A DNA stretch of 64,000 bases from Acidobacteriota bacterium. Lineage in GTDB: Bacteria > Acidobacteriota > Thermoanaerobaculia > Gp7-AA8. The notes under the pieces were generated by a model. The model saw only the letters and a program-made list of their open reading frames with translations. It had not been told where the DNA came from and searched no databases. Below are positions 30,848 through 39,700 of the stretch, piece by piece. Position 1 is the stretch's first letter. Each line of letters begins with the position of its first letter. The stretch is taken from assembly GCA_019244185.1 (NCBI GenBank), contig JAFATB010000014.1:256001-320000 (forward strand), read 5' to 3'. The position numbers were made by a program, and so were the translations under genes.

Positions 30848-31743
30848 CCGAGCTCCTCCGAGTACGGCTGAAACGCGAACCACTGAAACCACGCGTCGCG
30901 CAACACGCGCTCGAGCTCGACGGTCCATTGCGCGACGGCGCGCTCGAACGCTTCCGTGCGGTCGCGCGTGCGCAGCACGTCGAACGGCGCGAACGCCGCG
31001 AGGCGATAGCGGCGACGGCCGAGGCGGAAGATGAAGATCGGATAGATCGGCACGCGCGCCGCCATCGCCAGCGCGAACGGTCCGGCGGGGACCGACGTCG
31101 TTTTGCCGAAGAGCTTCGCCGGCAGCGCCGAGATGCCGGGCGTCACGCGGTCGCCCTGGATGGCGATGATCTCGCCGCGCTGCAGCGAATGCAGCAGATC
31201 GAGTGCGAGCTCGCTCGCGCGCGAGCTGAAGTCGACTTTCAGATTCTCCTCGAGCATGCGCCCGTGCTTCGCTTCTTCATACGCGCGCGTCTGCGGATCG
31301 ATCTCGGGCGCGCGTACCATGACGATCTGCCGGTGCGAGTTCTCGGCGAAGATGTGCGCGCCGAGGTCGTAGTTGCCCATGTGCGCGGTGAGGATGATCG
31401 CCCCGCCGTCGCGCGCCTGCAGGTTCTCGAAGTGCTCGAGTCCGACGAAGTCCCAGTCGGGGCTGATGCGCTGCTCCTGAAAGCGCACGTTGTCGGTGAT
31501 CGTCCACGCGTAGTTCCAGAAGACGCGGAACGTGCGCAGGAAGTTGCCGGCCGACGTCGAGCCGGGAAGGATCGCGGTGAGATTGCGCATCACGCCGCGG
31601 CGGCCGGGACCCCACAGCAGGAAAAAGAGCGACCACGAGCCGATGACGATCGGCTCGAGCCAGAGCGGCACGTGCAGCACGGCCCAGCGCAGAAACTGGC
31701 GCCAGAACACGCCGTGCACGAGGAAGCGCCGGTGCCAGTTCAC
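30844..31743 (-). CDS. Lysophospholipid/lipid A-type acyltransferase
   Basis: AHMGNYD (HxxxxD), IAIQGDR, FGK..GPF, QWFAF; GTGA overlap. Confidence 0.88.
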   Translation of the reverse strand: MNWHRRFLVHGVFWRQFLRWAVLHVPLWLEPIVIGSWSLFFLLWGPGRRGVMRNLTAILPGSTSAGNFLRTFRVFWNYAWTITDNVRFQEQRISPDWDFVGLEHFENLQARDGGAIILTAHMGNYDLGAHIFAENSHRQIVMVRAPEIDPQTRAYEEAKHGRMLEENLKVDFSSRASELALDLLHSLQRGEIIAIQGDRVTPGISALPAKLFGKTTSVPAGPFALAMAARVPIYPIFIFRLGRRRYRLAAFAPFDVLRTRDRTEAFERAVAQWTVELERVLRDAWFQWFAFQPYSEELG

Positions 31744-32936
31744 GCGCGGATGATATCGCCCAGCTCGCGGTCGACGGAGCGCAGCCGCGGGCGCAGCAGC
31801 GAGAAGATGGGACCGCGCAGCAGCGCGTCGTCGCCAGGATACGTCGGCACGACATGCAGCGGGAAGCGCTCGAAGATCTCGGCGTCGCTGCGCTTGCGGC
31901 GGCGCTGCACGTCCGCGCGTTTCTCCGCGAGCCGCGCTTCGTTGCGGAAGATCCAGTCGAGCGCGCGGAACTGCATCGCCGTCAGCGGATCGTCGATGGC
32001 GGCGAGCGGCGGACGCATCGCGCGATTGCGCAGGCGTTGCACGAAACCGGCGCGGCTCGGCCGCCGCGGCGCGTGCAGCTCGCCGATGGCCGCGCGCGTC
32101 AGCTCGTTCGCCCGCGCGTTGCGGGTCGTGGCGTAGTGATGGAGGCGGTGGAGGTACGTGTAGAAGACGGACGCGCCGCTCGCGGCGAGGTCTTCGTAGT
32201 TCTTCATCGCCGTCTGCAGGGCGTTGCGCTCGAAGAGCACGCCGCGCTCGAAATCGCCGAGACGGTTGCTGGTCGTGCTCGACGCATGGCGCACGAGCGC
32301 GCGCGGCTCGAAGAGCACGCGCCCGCCGGCGATCCACGTGCGCCAGCCGAAGTCGACGTCCTCGAGGTACGCGAAGTAGTCGCCGTCGAAGCCGCCGAGC
32401 TCCGCGAGCTTGGCGCGCCGCGAGATCATGTTGCCGCCGCACGCGAAGAGCAGCTCGTCGCCGGACCGCGGCTCGTCACGAGAGCCGACGGGATAGCGGA
32501 AGCCGTTCTGAAACGCGTGGCCGTCGAACGTCAGCACGCCGCCGATGAAGTCAAGCTGTTGACCTGTTGGGTCGACGATCTTGCCGCCGACGGACACAAC
32601 GTCGTCCGACGCATCGTCGATCGCGCGCACCAGCGCCGCGAGCCAGCCCGGCTCCGGCACCGCGTCGTTGTTGAGGAACACGACGTTCGTCGCATCGGAG
32701 CCCGCCAGCGCCGCGGCGAGGCCGCCGGTGAAGCCGCGGTTCTCGCGCAGCGCGAAGAGCTTCACGCGCGGATGCTGCGCCGCGAGCGCGGTGACGCTGC
32801 CGTCGGTCGAGCCGTTGTCGACGACGGTGATCGACGCGCCGCCGGCGTCGCCGAGCTGTGCCTCGACCGCGCCGACGCACGCCAGCGTCTCGCGGCGGTT
32901 GTTCCAGTTGACGACGATGATCTCGGTCGTGCTCAT
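31740..32936 (-). CDS. Glycosyltransferase family 2
   Basis: IIVVNWN, VVDNGSTDGS, FLNND, YLEDVDFGWR. Confidence 0.92.
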   Translation of the reverse strand: MSTTEIIVVNWNNRRETLACVGAVEAQLGDAGGASITVVDNGSTDGSVTALAAQHPRVKLFALRENRGFTGGLAAALAGSDATNVVFLNNDAVPEPGWLAALVRAIDDASDDVVSVGGKIVDPTGQQLDFIGGVLTFDGHAFQNGFRYPVGSRDEPRSGDELLFACGGNMISRRAKLAELGGFDGDYFAYLEDVDFGWRTWIAGGRVLFEPRALVRHASSTTSNRLGDFERGVLFERNALQTAMKNYEDLAASGASVFYTYLHRLHHYATTRNARANELTRAAIGELHAPRRPSRAGFVQRLRNRAMRPPLAAIDDPLTAMQFRALDWIFRNEARLAEKRADVQRRRKRSDAEIFERFPLHVVPTYPGDDALLRGPIFSLLRPRLRSVDRELGDIIRA

Positions 32937-34162
32937 GCCGTCGTCGCGCGCCGCAGGCGCCGTTTGATGCGATGCAGGATCGAACGCGAGCGATCCGGCA
33001 GCACCGGCTTCATCGCGAACGTCTCTTTCGTGTTGTCGAAGCGCGGCGCGCGGCAGAACGCGCGCAGCGGCTCGAGCGTGCGGCTCCACTGATGCTCGTC
33101 GACGAACGCCCGCGCGCCGGCGACCATCGCGTCGTAGCGCGCGCGATCCTGCACGATGGCGAGGATCTCGTCCGCGAATGCCTGCGGCATGTCGCGCGCG
33201 ACAATCGCGCCGGCGCGGTAGCGTTCGAGGATCTCGTTCGTGCCGGGCGCGGAGCTCGTCACGATCGGCAGTCCGCACCACAGATAGTCATAGATGCGCG
33301 TGCGCATCGACAGCTCCGTCTCGATCGACGACGGAAACGTCAGCAGCGCCAGCGCGAAGCGTTCGAAGAACGACGCGCGCTCGTCGTACGCGGCCCACGG
33401 CTCGAAGCGCACGAACCGGTGTCCGCCCTCGCTCGCGTAACGCAGCGCTTCCGCGAGCTTGCCCTGCGGCGTGATGTCGGGATTCGGATGGCGCGTGAAC
33501 GTCAGCGTCGCGCCGGGCAGCGTTCTGCGCACGATGGCCACCGCGTCGATCGCGGCGATGGGGTCGTACCAGTCGTAAATGCCGCCGTAGAGAATCGCCG
33601 GCGCGGCGAGCTCGCGCGCGACCGGCACGCGTGCCGGCTGCACGCCGAACGGCGCGAGCGCGACGAGCGACTCGAGCCGCGGATCGTGTGCGAAGAGCAT
33701 CGGATTGAGACGCCCGACGGCGAGCAGCATGCCGAGGTAGAAGAGGCGCTGCGCGTCGGACGCGCAGAGGAAGAAGTCGCCGCGCAGCAGCGAATGCGTC
33801 AGCGTCAGATGATCGTGGTTGTACACCTCGGCGCCCTGCTCGCCGAAGTAGTGCAGGTTCTCGATGAGAAACGGATCGTACAGATCGACGACCGTCGGCA
33901 GCGGCTGTCCCTGCAGGAACAGCGCGTTGGCGACGTGCCCCTGCACGATGGCCGCGTCATGCGCGCGCGTCTCGCGTTCGAGGATCGGCGGATTGATGTA
34001 GTCGCCGCGGCACCCGTCGATCGTGCCCGCGTCGGGCGAGAGCATCGTGATGGCGTGGCCGTCGTCGCGCAGCACGCGCGCCATCTCCAGAAAGCGGATG
34101 CCTACTCCCGCGGGCTGACCATGTCCGAGCGGCTCGGGACAGACGAGCAGCAGCCGCGTCAT
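32933..34162 (-). CDS. GT-B fold glycosyltransferase (GT4-like)
   Basis: PAGVGIRF, VVDLYDP, YGGIYDWYDP, SMRTRIYDYLWCGLPIV. Confidence 0.85.
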   Translation of the reverse strand: MTRLLLVCPEPLGHGQPAGVGIRFLEMARVLRDDGHAITMLSPDAGTIDGCRGDYINPPILERETRAHDAAIVQGHVANALFLQGQPLPTVVDLYDPFLIENLHYFGEQGAEVYNHDHLTLTHSLLRGDFFLCASDAQRLFYLGMLLAVGRLNPMLFAHDPRLESLVALAPFGVQPARVPVARELAAPAILYGGIYDWYDPIAAIDAVAIVRRTLPGATLTFTRHPNPDITPQGKLAEALRYASEGGHRFVRFEPWAAYDERASFFERFALALLTFPSSIETELSMRTRIYDYLWCGLPIVTSSAPGTNEILERYRAGAIVARDMPQAFADEILAIVQDRARYDAMVAGARAFVDEHQWSRTLEPLRAFCRAPRFDNTKETFAMKPVLPDRSRSILHRIKRRLRRATTA

Positions 34163-36036
34163 CCACGCCCTCGGGCGCGCTCGAGCAGCGTGTGCACTCG
34201 CCACGTCTTCGAGCCATAGATCGTCTCGAGCAGGCCATTGAGGCGCGCGATCTCGACGCGCGCGCGTTCGAGTGCCTCGTGCGTCTCCGCGTTCGCGCGG
34301 CGCAGCGCGTCGTTCTCGCGCGTGGCGCGATCGAGCGCGAGCACTTTCTGCTCGTGGTCGCGCGCGATCTCCTCGAGGAAGCTCATCGACGCGGTCACGC
34401 CTTCGAGCTCGCGCACGCGCTGCGCGTAGCCGTTGATCGTGTGATGCGACTCGCCGAGCTGCGCGATGAGCGTCTGTTTCTCGCGTTCGAGCCGCGCGAT
34501 GTCGATGTGCGCGGAGTCGGCGCTGCCTTTCGCTTCGATGACTTCCGCGTACAGCGCGCCGGTGCGACTCTTCTGCCGTTCGAGCACGTTCGCGAAGACG
34601 TCGTTGTCGATGCGCGCGGCGTGCTTCGCCCACACCTGCCGCTTCGCGTCGCGGAAGCGTTGCGAGCCTTCCGGCGCCGCGAGCACGACGGAGCTGCCGC
34701 CTTCGAAGTGGCGGATCTCGCACGTCACGCGCGGCACGCGCAGGAAGTCGCCGCGCTCGGCAAGGCGAATCAGAAAGTCCCAGTCTTCGAACAGATCGAA
34801 TGCCGGGTCGAAGCCGCCAACCGCGAGGAAATCGTCGCGGCGGATGAGCAGCGTCGGCAGCGGGATGTAGTTATCGACGAGCAGCAGCTCGCGGTCGAAG
34901 TCCTGCGCGAAGAGGCGCAGGCGCGCGTGCGCTTCGTACGCGCCGCTCTCCGCCGGCCGCAGAAAGAGCGACACCGCGTCCGTGTACCACGCCGCATGCG
35001 ACGAGCCCAACGCCGCGGTGGCGAGCGTCTGCAGATGTTCGGGATAGAAGCGGTCGTCGTCATCGAGGAACGCGACGAACGCATTCGTCGCCGCGCGCAC
35101 GCCGGCGTTCGCCGCCTCGGAACGCCCGCGCGACGTCTCGTGCTGCACGAGCGTCACGCCGTCGAGCGCGAGCGCCGCGCCGCCGTCGTTCACGACCACG
35201 ATCTCGCACGGATAGCCGGTCGCGCGCACGGAGTCGATCGCCTCGCGCAGCAACGCCGGGCGATCCTTCGTGCGGATGACGACGCTCACCGGCAGCGGCT
35301 CGCGCGCCGTCTCCAGCGCGGGAGGCGTGCCGCATCGCGCGCGCAGCTCGCTGAGCGGCAGCGTGTGCAGCGACGGCAGGTCGATGACGAAGTAGCCTTC
35401 CGCGAACTTCGTCTCGCGCGGTAGCGTCATGGCGCGGTACGCGTTGAGACCGCGCGCGTAGCTGACGTAGTCGCGCGTGGCGAGCTGCGACGCGTGCTCC
35501 GCGATCGCGGCGTACTTTGCGTCCGCAACGCTGGTGATGTCGACGAGCGCGTTCGGACGGATCGGCTGCCCGACCTCGTAGAACGCGACGCGCGTCACGG
35601 CGAGATCGGCGAAGAGCGTTTCACCGCGTTGCACGAGCTCGCAGAAGATGCGCGCGAGCGCGAAGTGATCGGGATGAATCTCGATGGGACTCGGGACGAG
35701 CACGAGATCGGGGCGGAACGCGAGGAGATGCTCGCGCAACGGCTCCGCCGCGGCGTCGTTGAGGGCGCGATCGGGGAAGCGGAGGAACTCGAGCTGTGCG
35801 TGTCCGCCGAGGGAGGCGAGGGCGCGGCGCGATTCCTCCTCGCGTGTCGCGGCGTCGCCGGCCTGCGCGCCGTCGGTCGCGACCACCACGCGCACCGGAC
35901 GTGCTTCGGCGAGGTGCAATGCGACGAGGCCGCCGCAGCCGATCACCTCATCGTCGGGATGAGGGGCGAGCACGAGCAGCCGCTCGCCGCGAAGCTGCGC
36001 CGGTTCGTACGGAATCGACTCCGCCTCGATGAGCAC
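34159..36036 (-). CDS. PIG-L-family deacetylase + GT2 + C-terminal coiled-coil fusion
   Basis: APHPDDE and HPDH; VIRTKDR, FLDDDD, FEDWDFL; heptad-rich tail ending GSKTWR. Confidence 0.9.
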   Translation of the reverse strand: MLIEAESIPYEPAQLRGERLLVLAPHPDDEVIGCGGLVALHLAEARPVRVVVATDGAQAGDAATREEESRRALASLGGHAQLEFLRFPDRALNDAAAEPLREHLLAFRPDLVLVPSPIEIHPDHFALARIFCELVQRGETLFADLAVTRVAFYEVGQPIRPNALVDITSVADAKYAAIAEHASQLATRDYVSYARGLNAYRAMTLPRETKFAEGYFVIDLPSLHTLPLSELRARCGTPPALETAREPLPVSVVIRTKDRPALLREAIDSVRATGYPCEIVVVNDGGAALALDGVTLVQHETSRGRSEAANAGVRAATNAFVAFLDDDDRFYPEHLQTLATAALGSSHAAWYTDAVSLFLRPAESGAYEAHARLRLFAQDFDRELLLVDNYIPLPTLLIRRDDFLAVGGFDPAFDLFEDWDFLIRLAERGDFLRVPRVTCEIRHFEGGSSVVLAAPEGSQRFRDAKRQVWAKHAARIDNDVFANVLERQKSRTGALYAEVIEAKGSADSAHIDIARLEREKQTLIAQLGESHHTINGYAQRVRELEGVTASMSFLEEIARDHEQKVLALDRATRENDALRRANAETHEALERARVEIARLNGLLETIYGSKTWRVHTLLERARGRG

Positions 36037-36078
36037 GGCCGCATTGTATTACCCACTACAATGACGGCGGGTTCGCGG

Positions 36079-37110
36079 ATGGGGCAGGAGCAACCGGAGC
36101 AGGAGCTCGCGCGTCTGCGCGAGGAGCATCGACAGATCAAAGACGTCCTGGCATTGATCCAGGAGCTGACCTCGCGCGTCGTCCGCAGCGACTCGGTCGG
36201 CGATCTGTTCTGCCGTGCGTTCTCCACGCTCTTCCGCTGCGTGCCGTTCGACGTCGGCATCGCGGTGATGATCGAGCAGAACCTCGATCTCTTTCTGACG
36301 ACGCGCGAAGGCGCCGGCGCGCTGGTGAGCGAAGAGCTCATCGCCAAGATCCGCGCCACGCTCGAGCGGCTCATCCCGGTCTCGTTCGCGACGACCGAGG
36401 TCGTCGTCAAATCGGAGACGCACGAACTGCCGGCGGGCGAAGCGTACAGCCTCCGCTGCGAGGCGGTGGCGCTGCTCGAACAGGAGAGCCGCACCGCGGG
36501 CGTGCTGCTGCTGTATCGCGAGAAGGGATTCACCGACGACGAGCGGCGGATCCTCGCGATCTTCTCGACGCAGGTGGCCATGCTGCTCGCGACCATTCAC
36601 GCGCGCGAGAAGATCACCAACCTCGCCGACACCGACGATCTCACCGGCATCTGGAACAAGCGCTACTTCCGGCGGCAGTTGCCGTATGAGATCGAGCGTG
36701 CGCGGACGTTCAACGTGCCGCTGTCGCTGCTCTTCTTCGACATCGACGGCTTCAAGCAGATCAACGACAGCTTCGGCCACGTCATCGGCGACGTCGTGTT
36801 GTCGGAGCTCTGCGGCGCCGCGCGCGAGACGCTGCGTCCGACGGACACGCTGGCGCGTTTCGGCGGCGACGAGTTCGCGATCATCCTGCCGCATACGGAT
36901 CTCTACGGCGCGAGCAAGGTCGCGGAACGGCTGCTGCAGCGCATGCGCGTGATGACCATTCCCACCGATGACGAGAGCGCGATTCGCTGTTCGATCTCCA
37001 TCGGCATCGCGGAGTACGCGCGCGACGAGAGCGCGAACGATCTCACGCGCCGCGCCGACGAGCGGCTCTACCAGTCGAAGCGGCAGGGGAAAAACCGCTA
37101 CACTGCCTGA
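36079..37110 (+). CDS. Diguanylate cyclase (GAF-like + GGDEF)
   Basis: DDLTGIWN, DIDGFKQINDSFGH, RPTD I-site, ARFGGDEF; alternative start 36061. Confidence 0.93.
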   Translation: MGQEQPEQELARLREEHRQIKDVLALIQELTSRVVRSDSVGDLFCRAFSTLFRCVPFDVGIAVMIEQNLDLFLTTREGAGALVSEELIAKIRATLERLIPVSFATTEVVVKSETHELPAGEAYSLRCEAVALLEQESRTAGVLLLYREKGFTDDERRILAIFSTQVAMLLATIHAREKITNLADTDDLTGIWNKRYFRRQLPYEIERARTFNVPLSLLFFDIDGFKQINDSFGHVIGDVVLSELCGAARETLRPTDTLARFGGDEFAIILPHTDLYGASKVAERLLQRMRVMTIPTDDESAIRCSISIGIAEYARDESANDLTRRADERLYQSKRQGKNRYTA

Positions 37111-37113
37111 CGG

Positions 37114-37851
37114 ATGCCGTACCTCATCGCCAACTGGAAAATGAACCTTCCGCCGGAAGGGATCGACGCGTACATGGCCACCGTCGGCGCGGCGGAACCG
37201 GGCGACGTCACGATCGTGGTCTGTCCGCCGTTTCCGTTCCTGCGCACACTCGGCGCCTGCGGCGCCGGCGTCTGCGTCGGCGCGCAGAACTGCAGCGATC
37301 AGCAGAGCGGCGCGTTCACCGGCGAAGTCGCGCCGTCGATGCTGCGCCGTTCCGGCGCCGACTTCGTGATCCTCGGCCACTCCGAACGCCGCACGCTCTT
37401 TCACGAGAACGACGCGCTCATCGCGCGCAAGCTCTCGCTCGCGCTGGAGACCGGACTCACGCCCGTGCTCTGCATCGGCGAGGATCTGCGCGTGCGCGAC
37501 TCGGGACAGGTCTCGCGCTTTCTCGCCGATCAGATCAAGGTCGCGGCGGTCGACGCGCTCGCGTCGGGAGAGAAGGTGATCCTCGCGTACGAGCCGATCT
37601 GGGCGATCGGCACGGGACGCAACGCGAGCGGCGCGATGGTCGCGGAGACGCTCGTCGAGATCCGCGCCGCGCTCGAGCGCTTCTGGCCCGCGGCGCACGC
37701 GCGCGCGCCGATTCTCTACGGCGGCAGCGTCACGCCGGACAACGTCGACGACCTCGTCGAGCACGGAACGATCGACGGATTTCTCGTCGGCGGCGCGAGC
37801 CTCGACGCGCGAAAGTTTCTCGCCATCCACGCGGGATTGCGGCGCGGCTGA
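37114..37851 (+). CDS. tpiA: Triosephosphate isomerase
   Basis: ANWKMN, GHSERR, AYEPIWAIGTG, LYGGSV, LVGGASL. Confidence 0.98.
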   Translation: MPYLIANWKMNLPPEGIDAYMATVGAAEPGDVTIVVCPPFPFLRTLGACGAGVCVGAQNCSDQQSGAFTGEVAPSMLRRSGADFVILGHSERRTLFHENDALIARKLSLALETGLTPVLCIGEDLRVRDSGQVSRFLADQIKVAAVDALASGEKVILAYEPIWAIGTGRNASGAMVAETLVEIRAALERFWPAAHARAPILYGGSVTPDNVDDLVEHGTIDGFLVGGASLDARKFLAIHAGLRRG

Positions 37852-37928
37852 ACGCTCTTGACACCGCGCCACCTTCCGGGAAGAATTCGCACCCCTGACC
37901 GGTTCACTGTCAGCGCACCGGAGAATCC

Positions 37929-38216
37929 ATGATTGTTCTTCTCGTCATTTTGCACGTCATCATCAGCCTGTTTCTGATCCTCGTCGTCCTCGTCCAGCAG
38001 GGCAAGGGAGCGGATCTCGCGGGCGCGTTCGGTGGCGGCGGCTCGCAGACGGCGTTCGGCGCGCGCGGCGCGACCACGCTGCTGCACAAGCTGACGACCG
38101 GATTCTTCGTCGCGTTCGTCGTCACCTCACTGGCCCTCGCGGTGCTGCAGGCTCGTCCGCGCAGCTCCGTCATGTCCGGATCCGCCGCCGCTCCGACCGC
38201 GCCGGCGAAGAAGTAA
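37929..38216 (+). CDS. secG: Preprotein translocase subunit SecG
   Basis: VLVQQGKGADLAGAFGGGGSQTAFG; tpiA-secG-tRNA synteny. Confidence 0.96.
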   Translation: MIVLLVILHVIISLFLILVVLVQQGKGADLAGAFGGGGSQTAFGARGATTLLHKLTTGFFVAFVVTSLALAVLQARPRSSVMSGSAAAPTAPAKK

Positions 38217-38236
38217 CGAAGCTCTTTGTACTGCCT

Positions 38237-38321
<85 letters not shown>

Positions 38322-38337
38322 TTCAGCAACCCGATCG

Positions 38338-38370
38338 AAAGCTCGCCGCACGGCGAGCTTTTTCGTTTTG
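38338..38370 (+). terminator. Rho-independent terminator after tRNA-Leu
   Basis: aaagctcgccg-ca-cggcgagctttttcgtttt. Confidence 0.8.
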
Positions 38371-38431
38371 CGGCGAACCTTCGGGAACTCCAGCGTCGCG
38401 TCTCTCTCATCAGCCGAAGGACGAGACGACG

Positions 38432-39361
38432 ATGCTGCGATGGATGAGCGTTCTCCTGGCACTCTGCATGACCGCCTGCGGCACGATGCGTTCGACGGCG
38501 ATCGTGCGGCGCGGCGGCGTTCCGAACGAACACGTCGAGATCGCGCGGCTCGCGCAGCAGGTCGATTCCGAACTGCAGTACCTGCCGGTCGCCGCCGCGT
38601 TCAGCGCCGCGGTCTACGTCGACGCCCCGCTCACGACTCCGCTCGCGCAGTTCGAGCCGAAGACGGCCGATGAACGCGACGCGATCGCGCTGCTTCCTTC
38701 ATCCGGATGGGTCGAGCGCACGGACGCGGATCTCCCGCGCACGAAGATCGCCGGAAAGCGGCAGACGCCCGACCTGACGTATCGCTTGTGGGTGACGACG
38801 GAAGGCACGCCCCGCGTGGCGATGCTCGTCTTTCGCGGAACGCACATCCGCGCGGACTGGATCTCGAATCTCCGCTGGTTCGATTCCTGGTGGTATCCGA
38901 CCGAAGATCATTACGAGCAGACCGAGCGGATCACCGGCGATCTCGTGCAGTGGATTCACGCGCACTACGGCAACGACGCGATCATCTACACCGCAGGCCA
39001 TTCCCTCGGCGGCGGGCTCGCGCAGACGGCGGCCTACACGGCGTGCGGCGACATCCGCTCCGTCTTCGCGTTCGACTCGACGCCGGTGACGCGGCATCGC
39101 GCCGCGAACGGGTGCGGCGCGCGACGTCCGCGGGAGTTCTGGCGCGTCTACGAGCAGAGCGAGATCCTCTCGTACGCGCGCTTCGTCGTGCGTGTCCTGC
39201 TTGATCTGAAGGTCGCGCGTCCGCAGATCACCGAGCTGAAGGTGCATCTCTTTCCCGGCGTCGGCGTACGCGGTCACAGCATGCTGAAGCTGGCCACGGA
39301 ACTGAAGGCAAAGTCCGCGCAGACGTCCGTCGCCGCGCGCGACGCGCTCAGCGCTCGCTGA
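38432..39361 (+). CDS. Lipase class 3-like alpha/beta hydrolase lipoprotein
   Basis: Lipobox-like LCMTAC; LVFRGT; GHSLGG nucleophile elbow; GHSM. Confidence 0.8.
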   Translation: MLRWMSVLLALCMTACGTMRSTAIVRRGGVPNEHVEIARLAQQVDSELQYLPVAAAFSAAVYVDAPLTTPLAQFEPKTADERDAIALLPSSGWVERTDADLPRTKIAGKRQTPDLTYRLWVTTEGTPRVAMLVFRGTHIRADWISNLRWFDSWWYPTEDHYEQTERITGDLVQWIHAHYGNDAIIYTAGHSLGGGLAQTAAYTACGDIRSVFAFDSTPVTRHRAANGCGARRPREFWRVYEQSEILSYARFVVRVLLDLKVARPQITELKVHLFPGVGVRGHSMLKLATELKAKSAQTSVAARDALSAR

Positions 39362-39665
39362 TGCGGCGGTCGTAATCGGCGGCGCGGTCGAGGAACGACT
39401 CGATGCTGCGGCCGAGGGCGAGCTTTTCGGTGAGGTCGGTGGCGCGGTCGAAGTCGGTGCGCAGGCGCTCGGCTTCGGCGAGGTAGTAGTCGCGCAGTCC
39501 CGTTTCGATCTTGAACTCGGGGTACTTCTCGGCCAGCGTCCGCATCCACTCTTCGACCTGGCGGCGGCGGTCCTTGTCGCCGGAGCCGCCCTTGAGGTCC
39601 TCGAGAAGCTTCGTCACGACACCCGACAGGATCTGCGTCCGCTGCTGCTGCAAAGCTTCGTTCAT
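39348..39665 (-). CDS. Hypothetical helical protein
   Basis: Normal codon bias, charged helical sequence; TACCAT upstream. Confidence 0.7.
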   Translation of the reverse strand: MNEALQQQRTQILSGVVTKLLEDLKGGSGDKDRRRQVEEWMRTLAEKYPEFKIETGLRDYYLAEAERLRTDFDRATDLTEKLALGRSIESFLDRAADYDRRISER

Positions 39666-39700
39666 GGCGGGCGAATGGTAACAGCTACAATGCGCGCGCG

